A stretch of 64,000 bases of DNA from Proteobacteria bacterium UBA2136 (GCA_002328405.1 DCXM01000006.1:18873-82872); one strand, 5' to 3'. Shown: positions 1-9,772, numbered from the stretch's first letter. Notes: generated by a model not told the origin, from the sequence alone. Numbers and translations are program-made.

Positions 1-255
1 ACGCTCATAGTTCACCACGCTGGTGTCTAGCAATGCACGAATACCCACACCGCCGTGATCTTCGTCAGAATCTATCCCCAGAAGGGAATCAATCTCATCT
101 TGATCCAGAATACGCTCGGGCAGACCACCTTCTGCAAGGTCGCCAGCGCCTTGATCAGAAGCATCTGCCCCTTCGCCACCCTCTTCATCAGAGGCCATAT
201 CCTGCCATTGTTCCAGCAGCTCTTCTTCTGACAATTCTTTTTCTTCTTCAGACAT
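1..255 (-). CDS. fliM: Flagellar motor switch protein FliM, N-terminal part (runs off the left edge; absent from the ORF track)
   Basis: Manual translation from ATG at 255: MSEEEKELSEEELLEQWQDMA...PERILDQDEIDSLLG...GIRALLDTSVVNYER. LDQDEIDSLL matches the CheY-binding motif of FliM; lies downstream of fliL. Confidence 0.92.
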   Translation of the reverse strand, partial: MSEEEKELSEEELLEQWQDMASDEEGGEGADASDQGAGDLAEGGLPERILDQDEIDSLLGIDSDEDHGGVGIRALLDTSVVNYER

Positions 256-434
256 TCTAAACCGTTCCCTTTACATGACATTTGCATCAAAGACACAAAA
301 TCAAACATATGTAAGACTATTCACTTTTAAGAATACCACAAAAAAACACAAAAAAGCAACAAACACAAACATGTTTAACACAGTAAAAAGGCCACGAAAA
401 ATCGTGACCTTTCAATTGCTTAGGGAACTTTTAG

Positions 435-983
435 TTATTGAACCAAAATTTCCTTAAACAGAACATTACTTATTTGCAACGGTGCCGCCGCCTGGTTGGC
501 ACGCATTAACAAGTCTTCTTTTAGGCGGTAAATACCTGACGAACCGTTCAAGTCCTCCACACGCAGTTGACGCAAGTAAAGCTGAAAATCATCCACAATG
601 CGTGGCATCATGTATTCAAGCTGTTGCAAGTCCTGCTCGGTAGCCACTTCAAGGTTAACCTTTAATTTGAGGTACCTTGTCGCACTACCACTTGAAGCTA
701 AATTCACCAAAATTTCTGGCAATTCAAAGAAATAAGCCGACGGCTTTGGAGGGATTGGGTTCCCATCTTTATCCAACTCTGGCCCAGCAGCTTCAGCTTC
801 TGTTTTTGCAACCTCTTCAGATGCTTCATCCGAATCACCACCAATAAACAAAAACGCACCCACACCAGCACCACCAATTAGGATAACCGAGAGCAAAATG
901 ATAATCAGCAGCTTCGAGCCACCTTTTTTACCTTCTTCAGCGCCTTCTGCACCTTCTTGCTGTTCCAATTCTTCTTCAGCCAT
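435..983 (-). CDS. fliL: Flagellar basal body-associated protein FliL
   Basis: Single N-terminal TM helix, LPEILVNL..RYLKLKVNLE, PRIVDDFQLYLRQLR, C-terminal VLFKEILVQ; upstream of fliM. Confidence 0.93.
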   Translation of the reverse strand: MAEEELEQQEGAEGAEEGKKGGSKLLIIILLSVILIGGAGVGAFLFIGGDSDEASEEVAKTEAEAAGPELDKDGNPIPPKPSAYFFELPEILVNLASSGSATRYLKLKVNLEVATEQDLQQLEYMMPRIVDDFQLYLRQLRVEDLNGSSGIYRLKEDLLMRANQAAAPLQISNVLFKEILVQ

Positions 984-1100
984 AAAAACTCCTCAAAAAA
1001 ACAAAGGGATTAACCCTTAAAAATTCTATTCTTTTTTAAAAATCAAAAAGCTTACAACAAACCTTTGATGATGATCATTATACTAAACTTTTTTAAAGAC

Positions 1101-1568
1101 TCAAGCAATGGCTGAAATTGAAACCGCCTGCTTGCCCTTTTCTTCGTCACTGTCCGTCACATTTTCAGCACTATCACCTTTGGGCTGATTCACTGACACT
1201 TCGCCCGACGCAATTTTGCGCCATGACGCATTCAACTCTTGCAGTTTTGCAATTACATCATCAATGGCTTCTTGGTCATTTTTCATGTCCACATCAATCA
1301 AACGTCTAAGCATGTAACCATAAATGCGGTAAAGGTTTTGTGCAATTTCACCACCCTTTTCCATGTCAACCGTATCTTGAAGGTAAAATATAATATCACT
1401 GGCACGCTTGTTATTGTTAAAGCGCTCTTGAATATTATTTTCGTCAATCGCCTGCCTGGCTTGCATCAAAAACTTAATCGCACCATTGTAAAGCAGTACA
1501 ATGCGCTCCGCAGGGGTTGCATTCAAAATCTGCTGTTCTTGATAGTGCTGTGCAGCATTTCTGTTCAT
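1101..1568 (-). CDS. fliS: Flagellin export chaperone FliS
   Basis: YQEQQILNATPAERIVLLYNGAIKFL, DMEKGGEIAQNLYRIYGYM, ASWRKI; follows fliD. Confidence 0.95.
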   Translation of the reverse strand: MNRNAAQHYQEQQILNATPAERIVLLYNGAIKFLMQARQAIDENNIQERFNNNKRASDIIFYLQDTVDMEKGGEIAQNLYRIYGYMLRRLIDVDMKNDQEAIDDVIAKLQELNASWRKIASGEVSVNQPKGDSAENVTDSDEEKGKQAVSISAIA

Positions 1569-1589
1569 TTAATGTCCTCTTCGGTTTTT

Positions 1590-3398
1590 TTAATTATCGC
1601 CACCAGCCATGGCTGAGATTTGCTGTGACAAACTCTCTTTCAATGAATTCAATTGAAACATCGCCGTTTCCATGGCAATAAAACGTGCTTCTAAGTTTTT
1701 GCGTTGAAGGTCAAGGCGGCTGTCAATTCTTGAAATATCAGTCTCGTAATCGTCATTTTGCTCAAGCAAGTTTAGTTTGAGAGAATCCGCCTCGCCACCG
1801 GTTTTCGAAAAATCATTGAAGAAGTTGTAAAGCCTATCCGCCACGCCACGTGTAAAGGTTACTTCAATATCATCCACAGGGCCAAGGTTCGGATCGCCGT
1901 TGAAAAACAACTTCAAACCATCTGCGTTAGAATCTGGCAAAATGGTCATATTCTTACCATTGATACTTACCGTGTTGTTACCTGCACCGCCGTTACCAGT
2001 GCCAGCTGAAGTGACAAAGTTAGCGTCAGTTAAGTCGCCATTGGCGTCTGTACCAGCAATGTTTAAGTAATAAGGCTCCGGCACGTCAGAACCATCAACT
2101 GTGTAAGCCGAATTTGGTCCAACCGAAATAACACTCACCCGAGAATCCGAAGTTGAGAAATCAAAACCAAACAATTTACGCACACTGTCTAGGTTATTGA
2201 GCAATGCATTATCAAGCGTACCATCATCCACCGCCAGGGTAAAATCATCCTCAATACTCACACCAATTTGACCTAAACTGGCGTAACCATCGTCCACACC
2301 AGGTACAATAGAGCTCACCACCTGTGACAAGCGCGACTCCAAACTTCGCAAAGTAGAATCAAAGGCCAACACGCCAAACTCGGGCTCGCCACCTTCTTCA
2401 CGCACTACTTCACTTTGCTGATCTTCAATAAAAGATTTTAGCTCATTGTAAGCGTTAATAAAGTCCACAATACCAGCTTTGACTGAATTGAGGTCATTTT
2501 CAATATCCACCACAATTTCTGTATTTTCTTCCGCACGGAACAAGTCAATCGTTGCGCCAGAAAAAACATCGTCAATGGTGTTACTTTCACGCACAACGTC
2601 CACACCCAAGTTATCCACCCGAATAATGGCGTTTTGCGCATTTTGAATTACTGTTTTTGCATTATCTGTGCCGGCATCTGTCAAACCTAAAGCATTGTGA
2701 ATCGATTGATCCCCACCGAATGTAATGGTGTTTGAAAGACCTGTTTCGTCACTGGAAAGCAGTAAATAACTTTCCGTCGGGCTGACACTGACAACCGAGG
2801 CACTGACACCTGTTGCGTTTGCACCGCTGTTGACCGCATTGATCTTGTCACGCAGATCGAGCAAGGAATCTGAACCGTTAACTGTGATATTACGACCGTT
2901 AATCTCAAAGTCACCTGTTGGGTAACCTTGCGATGATAAAGAATCTGTCTTGGAAGCAAAGGCATCACTACGAATTTGCTGAGCTTTGGCAATTTGCACC
3001 ACTTCTACCGTGTGAGAACCTGCCACCGCAGAATCATCCACCGTAACAGACAAAATAGACTCAGCCGCTGAAGATGTGTGACCCGCAGGCGCTGACGCCG
3101 TTGCACGGGAGCTGGTAAAAGCCAGCTTATTGTCAAACACATCATCCACAAAGAAACTGTTGGCACCGCGCAACACGTCCATGCTGGCGGCAAAATTTTT
3201 GGTCAGGCCTTGTAATTGGTCAATCGCTGACACACGCTGATCGTTTAAAGATATCTTATCTTCAATTTGATTCACCTGAATGCGTCGCGCTGAAATGATA
3301 GAATCAATAATTTGCTGAGAATTGATCCCTGATGACACACCTGAGAAGCGGACATTACCGCTGCTGGTTTTTGTCGAATTATCAAAACTAAAGTCCAT
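1590..3398 (-). CDS. fliD: Flagellar filament cap protein FliD
   Basis: N-terminal SGVSSGINSQQIIDSI, VVQIAKAQ, AQNAIIRVD..RESNTIDDVFSGATIDL, C-terminal LEARFIAMETAMFQLNS. Confidence 0.93.
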   Translation of the reverse strand: MDFSFDNSTKTSSGNVRFSGVSSGINSQQIIDSIISARRIQVNQIEDKISLNDQRVSAIDQLQGLTKNFAASMDVLRGANSFFVDDVFDNKLAFTSSRATASAPAGHTSSAAESILSVTVDDSAVAGSHTVEVVQIAKAQQIRSDAFASKTDSLSSQGYPTGDFEINGRNITVNGSDSLLDLRDKINAVNSGANATGVSASVVSVSPTESYLLLSSDETGLSNTITFGGDQSIHNALGLTDAGTDNAKTVIQNAQNAIIRVDNLGVDVVRESNTIDDVFSGATIDLFRAEENTEIVVDIENDLNSVKAGIVDFINAYNELKSFIEDQQSEVVREEGGEPEFGVLAFDSTLRSLESRLSQVVSSIVPGVDDGYASLGQIGVSIEDDFTLAVDDGTLDNALLNNLDSVRKLFGFDFSTSDSRVSVISVGPNSAYTVDGSDVPEPYYLNIAGTDANGDLTDANFVTSAGTGNGGAGNNTVSINGKNMTILPDSNADGLKLFFNGDPNLGPVDDIEVTFTRGVADRLYNFFNDFSKTGGEADSLKLNLLEQNDDYETDISRIDSRLDLQRKNLEARFIAMETAMFQLNSLKESLSQQISAMAGGDN

Positions 3399-3452
3399 AC
3401 CTGTCCTCTCCTTAAAGGGTTAGCTTACCTAGCTCTCCACCTTTACTTATGT

Positions 3453-3460
3453 TTATCGGC
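3453..3460 (-). promoter_or_regulatory. Sigma28 (FliA)-type -10 element GCCGATAA upstream of fliD
   Basis: Exact GCCGATAA on the minus strand ~55 nt before the fliD ATG; no canonical TAAA -35 at 15-nt spacing. Confidence 0.45.
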
Positions 3461-3482
3461 ACAAATTTTTATTCAAAAAAAC

Positions 3483-3887
3483 TTACACCCGACCATCTAC
3501 AATAATACCACGTTCTTTTTTGTTTTGCGAATACAGCTTTAACATGTCCGTCCCCGCATAACTGTTAACAACTTTACCTGTCTGCGCATCTTTAACGTGG
3601 CCTTGGGTGTTGCCTGCATCATCTTCATCCAGCTCCACCACCAAGTCGTCATTCGATAAAATATCATTCATATAATGACGCGCTTCTTGCATGGCTCGGC
3701 CTTTTTCTGCATCTAGATCAAACCCATCCTTGAGCACAGGCACCGCCCACTTTTCACGGCTGCTTGAAATAACCGTTGATGAACCCAATCGACCACCAGC
3801 AGAAGATGCCGCACCCAGAGACTTTTCAGCCTGCTTGTTGCTTGCATTTTCAAGCTGTGATTGATCAATCGTCATCGGTTTTCGCAT
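3483..3887 (-). CDS. flaG: FlaG-like flagellar protein
   Basis: C-terminal VKDAQTGKVVNSY..DMLKL...GIIVDGRV resembles FlaG; canonical flagellin-flaG-fliD-fliS order. Confidence 0.7.
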   Translation of the reverse strand: MRKPMTIDQSQLENASNKQAEKSLGAASSAGGRLGSSTVISSSREKWAVPVLKDGFDLDAEKGRAMQEARHYMNDILSNDDLVVELDEDDAGNTQGHVKDAQTGKVVNSYAGTDMLKLYSQNKKERGIIVDGRV

Positions 3888-3927
3888 ATCGCAAACCTCC
3901 GCTCATTCAATTATAAAGTTCTAATCT

Positions 3928-5085
3928 TTACGCACCACGCACCAAGTCAAGCAGAATACGAGGTGTTTGGTTGGCACGGTTTAACATGTCTGTCCCCGCC
4001 TCTAACAGAACCTGCTTGGCTGTTACGTTGGTAATTTCCGCTGCAATGTCAGCATCTAACAGGGCAGACCTTGCGCTCTCTGTGTTTTCAAGTGACAACT
4101 GAATGTTACGAGACGCAACCTCCATTCGGTTGATGCTTGCACCCAAGTTTGAACGGGCACTCACCACAATATCTAAAGCATTTTTAATAGCGTCCACCGC
4201 AAAGCCAGCGTCACTTTGTACCGCAACATTGGAAAGGGTTAACCCCATTTGATCCACATTGATCACAGGCAGTGACACCAAAACACGGTCTTCTGCGGCT
4301 GTGGTTCGACCAATCTGAAATTCATAGGTACTTGCTGTGACAGACGCTGACAGGGATACATCAAACTCTTCCCCCGCACCTGCGTGGACAATGTCTGTCG
4401 CTGAATCAAAGTCGCTGTTCAATGTCAAAGTCACACCCAGTGACTGGAAGTTATATTCATTTAAACGACCCACTGTGGGCGTTTGCACCGCAATGGATTG
4501 CGCCTCTGAAGTTGTTTGGTTGGTCAACGTCATCACACCAGCGGCACTGTTGTATTCAACTTGAAACACCGACGCTGGGTTGACAAAGTCTTGAATTTGG
4601 AACCCTACAAAACCATCATCCGAGTCAATGTTGGCGCCGAGGTTATTCAACTCTACAGAATTTACACCACCCAAAAGCTTTGAGCCGTTAAATTCGGTTG
4701 TCGTAGCAATACGGTCCAGCTCGCTTTTCAGGTTTTGGAATTCTTCATCCAAATACGCACGCTCTGTGTTCGTAATTTGCCCTGATTGAGACTGAACAGC
4801 CAACGTGTCCATTCTGGTTAAAATTTCTGAAATTTGAGACAACGCACCGTCAGCAATCTGCATCAGCGACACACCGGAAGACGCATTGATAGACGCCGCT
4901 CTTAAAGAAGCCGAGTCCACCTGCAAACCAGAACCGATTGACAGTGCGGCCGCATCTTCTTTGGCGTTAAACACACGCTGACCAGATGATATTTTTGAGA
5001 TAGACCTTTGCGCCTCGCTGTTGGCCGACGTTAAATTACGCTGGGCAATGGCTGAAGATGAGTTACTTACAATTGATATTGGCAT
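3928..5085 (-). CDS. fliC: Flagellin (copy 1), 385 aa
   Basis: ISKISSGQRV..AKEDAAALSIG N-terminal domain and ARSNLGASINRME...SARSALLDADIAAEI C-terminal domain; start moved to ATG 5085 (AGGAGA RBS). Confidence 0.95.
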   Translation of the reverse strand: MPISIVSNSSSAIAQRNLTSANSEAQRSISKISSGQRVFNAKEDAAALSIGSGLQVDSASLRAASINASSGVSLMQIADGALSQISEILTRMDTLAVQSQSGQITNTERAYLDEEFQNLKSELDRIATTTEFNGSKLLGGVNSVELNNLGANIDSDDGFVGFQIQDFVNPASVFQVEYNSAAGVMTLTNQTTSEAQSIAVQTPTVGRLNEYNFQSLGVTLTLNSDFDSATDIVHAGAGEEFDVSLSASVTASTYEFQIGRTTAAEDRVLVSLPVINVDQMGLTLSNVAVQSDAGFAVDAIKNALDIVVSARSNLGASINRMEVASRNIQLSLENTESARSALLDADIAAEITNVTAKQVLLEAGTDMLNRANQTPRILLDLVRGA

Positions 5086-5127
5086 GTCATATCTCCTTAG
5101 TGTTTTGTCAATTCTCAACAAACACTA

Positions 5128-5143
5128 TGCACAAACCATGCCA
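5128..5143 (-). promoter_or_regulatory. Sigma54 -24/-12 promoter of flagellin 1 operon
   Basis: TGGCAT-GGTTT-GTGCA versus consensus TGGCAC-N5-TTGCW, correct GG/GC spacing. Confidence 0.75.
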
Positions 5144-5165
5144 GTGAAACGGCGTTTATAAAAAC

Positions 5166-5366
5166 TTAAAATTTATTTTCTTTTTTGCGGGCAAGATAAC
5201 CGCGCACGTCGCATGCCAATTTGTGCGCACAGGCATCTTCCGAATTTGTGCGCAACGTTTCCTTTTTCATCGCATCGCATATCACTTTCAAATCCTGTTT
5301 TGATATGCCCATGTTTTCAGCAATTTCAGCGTTTTCGCACAAAAGTTCATAGTCATCGCCACTCAT
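5166..5366 (-). CDS. Small hypothetical protein (66 aa, 4 Cys)
   Basis: ATG preceded by GGAGG RBS; no family recognised. Confidence 0.55.
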   Translation of the reverse strand: MSGDDYELLCENAEIAENMGISKQDLKVICDAMKKETLRTNSEDACAHKLACDVRGYLARKKENKF

Positions 5367-5563
5367 TTTCTGTCCTCCAAATTATTCTCTAATGTTATTA
5401 TGTAAATAGACCTTGCAAAATAAAAGCGCACCCACCCCTTCATTGCACTTCAGCATCCCAAAAAATCAAACACCTATAACCAATTGACACAAAGCCGGCA
5501 AAAGTGTATACCAAATAATATACAAACAAACACCTACCCTTTTCCCCAACCTTTGGAGGCTTT

Positions 5564-5971
5564 ATGCCCAAGCACATCCTTTTCTTTGAAGATGACCGCA
5601 ACATTGGCGAAGTCGTGGCAGAAGAACTTACCGCCGCCGGCTTCACCTATGATTGGTACGAAAACCCACGGGAAGCTTTTAGATCCCTAGAAGAAAACCC
5701 AAAAAATTACGATGCAATTGTCAGTGACTGGAACATGCCTGCCAGAAACGGCCGACTCAGCTTTCATGGCATTGACGTCCTGCGCAAATTAAGACGTGGG
5801 CGGCTAGAGCGCTTCAACCTACCCGAAAACATGCCTTTTGCCATGTGTTCAGGTTATGACTGCCCTAAAAAAATTGAAGAAGCCAAAAATTCTGGCGCCA
5901 ACTTTTATCAACACAAAACCATGACAAGCGATTTTACGGGCTTAATCGATTTTTTGAATAACTGCCCGTAA
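5564..5971 (+). CDS. Single-domain response regulator (CheY-like receiver)
   Basis: ILFFEDD acidic pair, phospho-acceptor SDWNMP, CSG and terminal K motif; GGAGG RBS. Confidence 0.88.
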   Translation: MPKHILFFEDDRNIGEVVAEELTAAGFTYDWYENPREAFRSLEENPKNYDAIVSDWNMPARNGRLSFHGIDVLRKLRRGRLERFNLPENMPFAMCSGYDCPKKIEEAKNSGANFYQHKTMTSDFTGLIDFLNNCP

Positions 5972-5975
5972 CCAC

Positions 5976-6004
5976 AAAAAAAGCCCGCACAATGCGGGCT
6001 TTTT
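5976..6004. terminator. Bidirectional intrinsic terminator
   Basis: AAAAAGCCCGCA-caa-TGCGGGCTTTTT between convergent genes. Confidence 0.85.
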
Positions 6005-6030
6005 GCTTTCGATAAAGCAGGTTAAAGCTG

Positions 6031-6480
6031 TTAGACAACGCCTTTCTTTTTGCCAACCACAAAAAAACTGACCCACAAAAGTACTTTAACCGACAAAAAG
6101 AAGAAGTAATACCCCAAAAGCACAGACTGTAAAAAACTTACCTCCCAACCAAAAACAAAGTAGGAAAGAAGACATGTATATCCTAGAATGAGTGGCATTA
6201 TAAACCAAGAGACATACACAACCGTATCATACCAAAATCGACCGGGCCTGTATTCACCCAAATACTCAAAGAAGGTTAATTGCCCCAAACGCTTAAAATC
6301 GGGCAAAAGATCGACAAAAAATACCGTCACACTCCATGGCGCAAAAGCCAAAACCAGCGAAAAAAGACAAAGATGTGCAATTGATGCATTCGGCTCAAAA
6401 AACTTTACAATACAAAAGCTTGAAATCAGCCAAATCATCACAACTAAGCGACCCCAAGAATTATCAAAAAGCTTAAACAT
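6031..6480 (-). CDS. Hypothetical membrane protein (about 4 TM)
   Basis: Hydrophobic Phe/Leu-rich segments, basic C-terminus, GGAGG RBS. Confidence 0.7.
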   Translation of the reverse strand: MFKLFDNSWGRLVVMIWLISSFCIVKFFEPNASIAHLCLFSLVLAFAPWSVTVFFVDLLPDFKRLGQLTFFEYLGEYRPGRFWYDTVVYVSWFIMPLILGYTCLLSYFVFGWEVSFLQSVLLGYYFFFLSVKVLLWVSFFVVGKKKGVV

Positions 6481-6630
6481 AAGCCCTCCTCAAAAAAAGA
6501 AAAGAAAGATACAAATCCCCTTTTATATAACACCTTGATGTATACAATTCAAGGAAAAGTCGAAATAAATCATGCTTATTGTGACAAGAAGATGGCCATA
6601 GTGGGAATATTAAAAACTTAGACCACAAGC

Positions 6631-6669
6631 AATAAAAATAAAACAGACACTCAAGGTGCCTGTTTTATT
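6631..6669 (-). terminator. Intrinsic terminator-like hairpin
   Basis: Minus strand AATAAAACAGGCAC-cttga-GTGTCTGTTTTATT followed by a T-rich tract (one G-U pair favours the minus strand). Confidence 0.6.
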
Positions 6670-6802
6670 GAATCAGTGCCTGCCACTTTCCGCCAATAAA
6701 AACCTTCAACATATCCGCAAGAAGGTGAATAAAGCGGGTTTATTTTATTTTTATAGGGCAAAGCCCATGCTTGGAAGTTTAGAAACCTAAACGGCAAGCT
6801 AT

Positions 6803-6834
6803 AAAAGTGAAATAGGCACACTTAAGTGCCTATT
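6803..6834 (-). terminator. Hairpin immediately after nrdB stop
   Basis: AATAGGCAC-N6-GTGCCTATT followed by TCACTTTT on the minus strand. Confidence 0.6.
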
Positions 6835-6836
6835 CC

Positions 6837-7877
6837 CTAGTGAGCAGAAGTTCCTTCCGCCTCAGCGTCATGTACAGCGAAGGCATCCTCCCAAGAACCT
6901 TGGGTTGAAGCTTTAGAGTATTCTGTCGCACGGTTTTCAAAGAAGTTTGTGTGCTCCACACCGTTTAACATATCATCCATCCATGGCAGTGGGTTTTTCT
7001 CAATGCCGTAGATCGGTTCTAGCGTCAATTCACCCAAGCGCATGTCCGCAATGTAGCGAATGTACTGCTTCACCTCTTCCGCTTCAAGGCCTTCAACGCC
7101 GCCCATTTCAAAGGCAAGGTCAATAAAGGCATCTTCAAGACGAATAACGTCACGGCAGCATTCCACCACTTTATCTTGCAATTCCTTGGTCCACACCGTT
7201 GGGTTTTCGTGGATAAAGGCACGGAACAAACGGGTCATCGCTTCACAGTGCAAGGATTCATCACGCACAGACCATGAAACAATCTGCCCCATACCCTTCA
7301 TTTTGTTGTGGCGTGGGAAGTTCATCAAAATGGCGAAAGAAGCAAACAACTGCAAACCTTCGGTAAAGCCGGCAAACACCGCCATGGTCAAGGCAATACC
7401 TTCTTTTGAATCACAGTGGAACTGGTGCAAGTATTCGTACTTATCAACCATTTCCTTGTATTTCAAGAACGCTTCATATTCAACTTCTGGCATACCAATG
7501 GTATCCAACAGGTGAGAATAAGCCGCCACGTGGATGGTTTCCATGTTTGAAATGGCGCTCAACATCATTTTCACTTCAGTTGGGCCAAAAACGCTGGCGT
7601 ATTCCTTCATGTAGCAATCGTTCACCTCAATATCACCTTGGGTGAAGAAACGGAAAATCTGTGTCAGCAAGTTCTTTTCTTGCGGCGTGATTTTGTTTTT
7701 CCAGTCCTTTACGTCGTCCGCCATTGGGACTTCTTCTGGCAACCAGTGCACACGCTGTTGCGCCAACCAGTATTCATAAGCCCAAGGGTAACGAAAAGGT
7801 TTGTAAACTGAACTTTCAGCAAGCAAGCCATGACGCTCGCCCATTTCGCGGTTCTTTAAAAATTCTACTACTGACAT
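6837..7877 (-). CDS. nrdB: Ribonucleotide reductase class Ia beta subunit (R2)
   Basis: Di-iron ligands and radical Tyr: FFTQGD, METIHVAAY, FTEGLQLF, RDESLH; C-terminal NFFENRATEY. Start set at MSVVEF (alternative 7886). Confidence 0.96.
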   Translation of the reverse strand: MSVVEFLKNREMGERHGLLAESSVYKPFRYPWAYEYWLAQQRVHWLPEEVPMADDVKDWKNKITPQEKNLLTQIFRFFTQGDIEVNDCYMKEYASVFGPTEVKMMLSAISNMETIHVAAYSHLLDTIGMPEVEYEAFLKYKEMVDKYEYLHQFHCDSKEGIALTMAVFAGFTEGLQLFASFAILMNFPRHNKMKGMGQIVSWSVRDESLHCEAMTRLFRAFIHENPTVWTKELQDKVVECCRDVIRLEDAFIDLAFEMGGVEGLEAEEVKQYIRYIADMRLGELTLEPIYGIEKNPLPWMDDMLNGVEHTNFFENRATEYSKASTQGSWEDAFAVHDAEAEGTSAH

Positions 7878-9658
7878 GCGATACATTCCTCGTATTTAGG
7901 TTGGTCATTTTGGGTCATAGCATCAAGCTTTTTACGCCCTGTGTCAGAGAATGACACAACTTGAGCACGGCGAATTGATTTACTGCGGCAGTAATAAAGG
8001 CTTTTCACGCCTTTTTTCCACGCATCAAAGTGCAATGTGTGCAGGTCACGCTTGTGAACATCTGCTGGCAAGAACAAGTTAACAGACTGTGCTTGGCAAA
8101 TAAATTCTGCACGGTCAGCGGCATGTTCAATCACCCAACGCTGGTCAATTTCAAATGCACTTTTGAAAATGTCTTTTTCATCATCTGTTAAGAAGTCAAG
8201 GTGCTGAACCGAACCTTCATTGGTGGTGATGGAGGACCATGTCTCATCATCATCCATGCCTTTTTCGGCCAACAATTCTTTTAAGAACTTGTTACGCACG
8301 TTGAATGAACCGTCCAATGTTTTTTGGGTGAACGAGTTCCCTGCAATTGGCTCAATCCCTGGGGAAGCGTTCCCACAGTAGATAGAGCTAGAAGCGTTTG
8401 GCGCAATGGCCATTTTGTTAGAAAAACGTTCCATCACCAAAGCTTCACCCGCATCTGGGCATGGACCACGCTCTTCCGCCAACTTCACAGACGCTTCGTC
8501 CGCTTTTTGGCGCAAGTGTTTAAACATGCGCTTGTTCCATGACTTAGCAATGGCTGATTCAAATGGAATACGGTTCTTTTGCAAGAAGCTGTGGAAGCCC
8601 ATAGCGCCTAGGCCAACACTACGCTCACGCAAGGCTGCATAGCGGGCGTTTTTCATGTCATCTGGTGCACGGTCAATAAAGTCCTGCAAGACATTGTCTA
8701 AAAATCTCATAATATCTTCAACAAACAGCTCATTGTCTTTCCACTCGTTGTAAAGCTCCAAGTTCACAGAAGACAAGCAACAAACAGCTGTACGCATGCG
8801 GCCATGCTGGTCAATACCCGTTGGCAATGTAATTTCACTACATAGGTTGGACATTTTCACCGTCAAACCTTGTTTTTTGTGGAATTCTGGGATCGCCTTG
8901 TTCACAGTGTCAATAAATAGAATGTAAGGCTCACCTGTTTCAATACGCGCTGTTAAAATACGAATCCATAGGTCACGGGCAGGCACTGTGCTGACGACAT
9001 CGCCAGAAAGTGGCGAAATCAGCTGCCATTCGGCATCTTCTTCAACAGCTTTCATAAAGTCGTCAGTAATAGCCACAGCGTTGTGCAAGTACTGCGCTTT
9101 ACGGTTCGGGTCACCACCAGTTGGGCGACGCACTTCAATAAACTCTTCAATTTCAGGGTGAGACACAGGTAGGTAAACTGCCGCAGCACCACGACGTTGT
9201 GAACCTTGAGAGATAGCCATTGTCAAGGAATCCTGCACACGCAAAAACGGGATAATACCAGAAGTTTTGCCCACACGGCCTACTTTTTCACCAATCGAGC
9301 GCACGTTACCCCAGTAAGTACCAATACCGCCACCTTTGGCAGCCAACCACACGTTTTCCATCCATGTGTCGGTGATACCGTCTAGGGAATCTTCAACTTC
9401 GTTTAAAAAGCAAGAAATTGGCAAGCCACGCTTGGCACCGCCGTTTACAAGAACAGGTGTTGATGGTGCAAACCACAAGTTGGACATATAGTCATACAAA
9501 CGCTGGGCGTGAGACTCATCATCGGCAAAAGCACAGCATACGCGTGCAAAAGCTTCTTGAATGGTTTCATTTGGCAATAAGTAACGATCCTTCAAAGTCG
9601 CCTTACCAAAAGCTGTAATTTTATCATCGCGTGAGTGATCTATTTTAATGTCATACAT
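7868..9658 (-). CDS. nrdA: Ribonucleotide reductase class I alpha subunit (no ATP cone)
   Basis: PISCFL, SNLCSEI, AVCCLSS, SLYYCRS, terminal ECIACQ; start at MYDIKID with GAGG RBS. Confidence 0.96.
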   Translation of the reverse strand: MYDIKIDHSRDDKITAFGKATLKDRYLLPNETIQEAFARVCCAFADDESHAQRLYDYMSNLWFAPSTPVLVNGGAKRGLPISCFLNEVEDSLDGITDTWMENVWLAAKGGGIGTYWGNVRSIGEKVGRVGKTSGIIPFLRVQDSLTMAISQGSQRRGAAAVYLPVSHPEIEEFIEVRRPTGGDPNRKAQYLHNAVAITDDFMKAVEEDAEWQLISPLSGDVVSTVPARDLWIRILTARIETGEPYILFIDTVNKAIPEFHKKQGLTVKMSNLCSEITLPTGIDQHGRMRTAVCCLSSVNLELYNEWKDNELFVEDIMRFLDNVLQDFIDRAPDDMKNARYAALRERSVGLGAMGFHSFLQKNRIPFESAIAKSWNKRMFKHLRQKADEASVKLAEERGPCPDAGEALVMERFSNKMAIAPNASSSIYCGNASPGIEPIAGNSFTQKTLDGSFNVRNKFLKELLAEKGMDDDETWSSITTNEGSVQHLDFLTDDEKDIFKSAFEIDQRWVIEHAADRAEFICQAQSVNLFLPADVHKRDLHTLHFDAWKKGVKSLYYCRSKSIRRAQVVSFSDTGRKKLDAMTQNDQPKYEECIACQ

Positions 9659-9725
9659 GTGTGCTACCTCATTCTTTTCATTGTTATTAACCATTAAATT
9701 AAACAGAACATTCAACCAAATGGCT

Positions 9726-9772
9726 AACCTATATATTGTACCCAACAAAAATAAAGATACTATATATAGAAC
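9726..9772. promoter_or_regulatory. Tandem NrdR boxes
   Basis: AACCTATATATTGTAC (9726-9741) and ATACTATATATAGAAC (9757-9772) match acaCwAtATaTwGtgt, 31 bp apart, upstream of nrdA. Confidence 0.85.

Noticed and set aside
33-457. Short ORFs 33-260, 72-308 and 275-457 in the ORF track
   Set aside because: Shadows of the partial fliM (1-255, minus strand) or AT-rich intergenic DNA.
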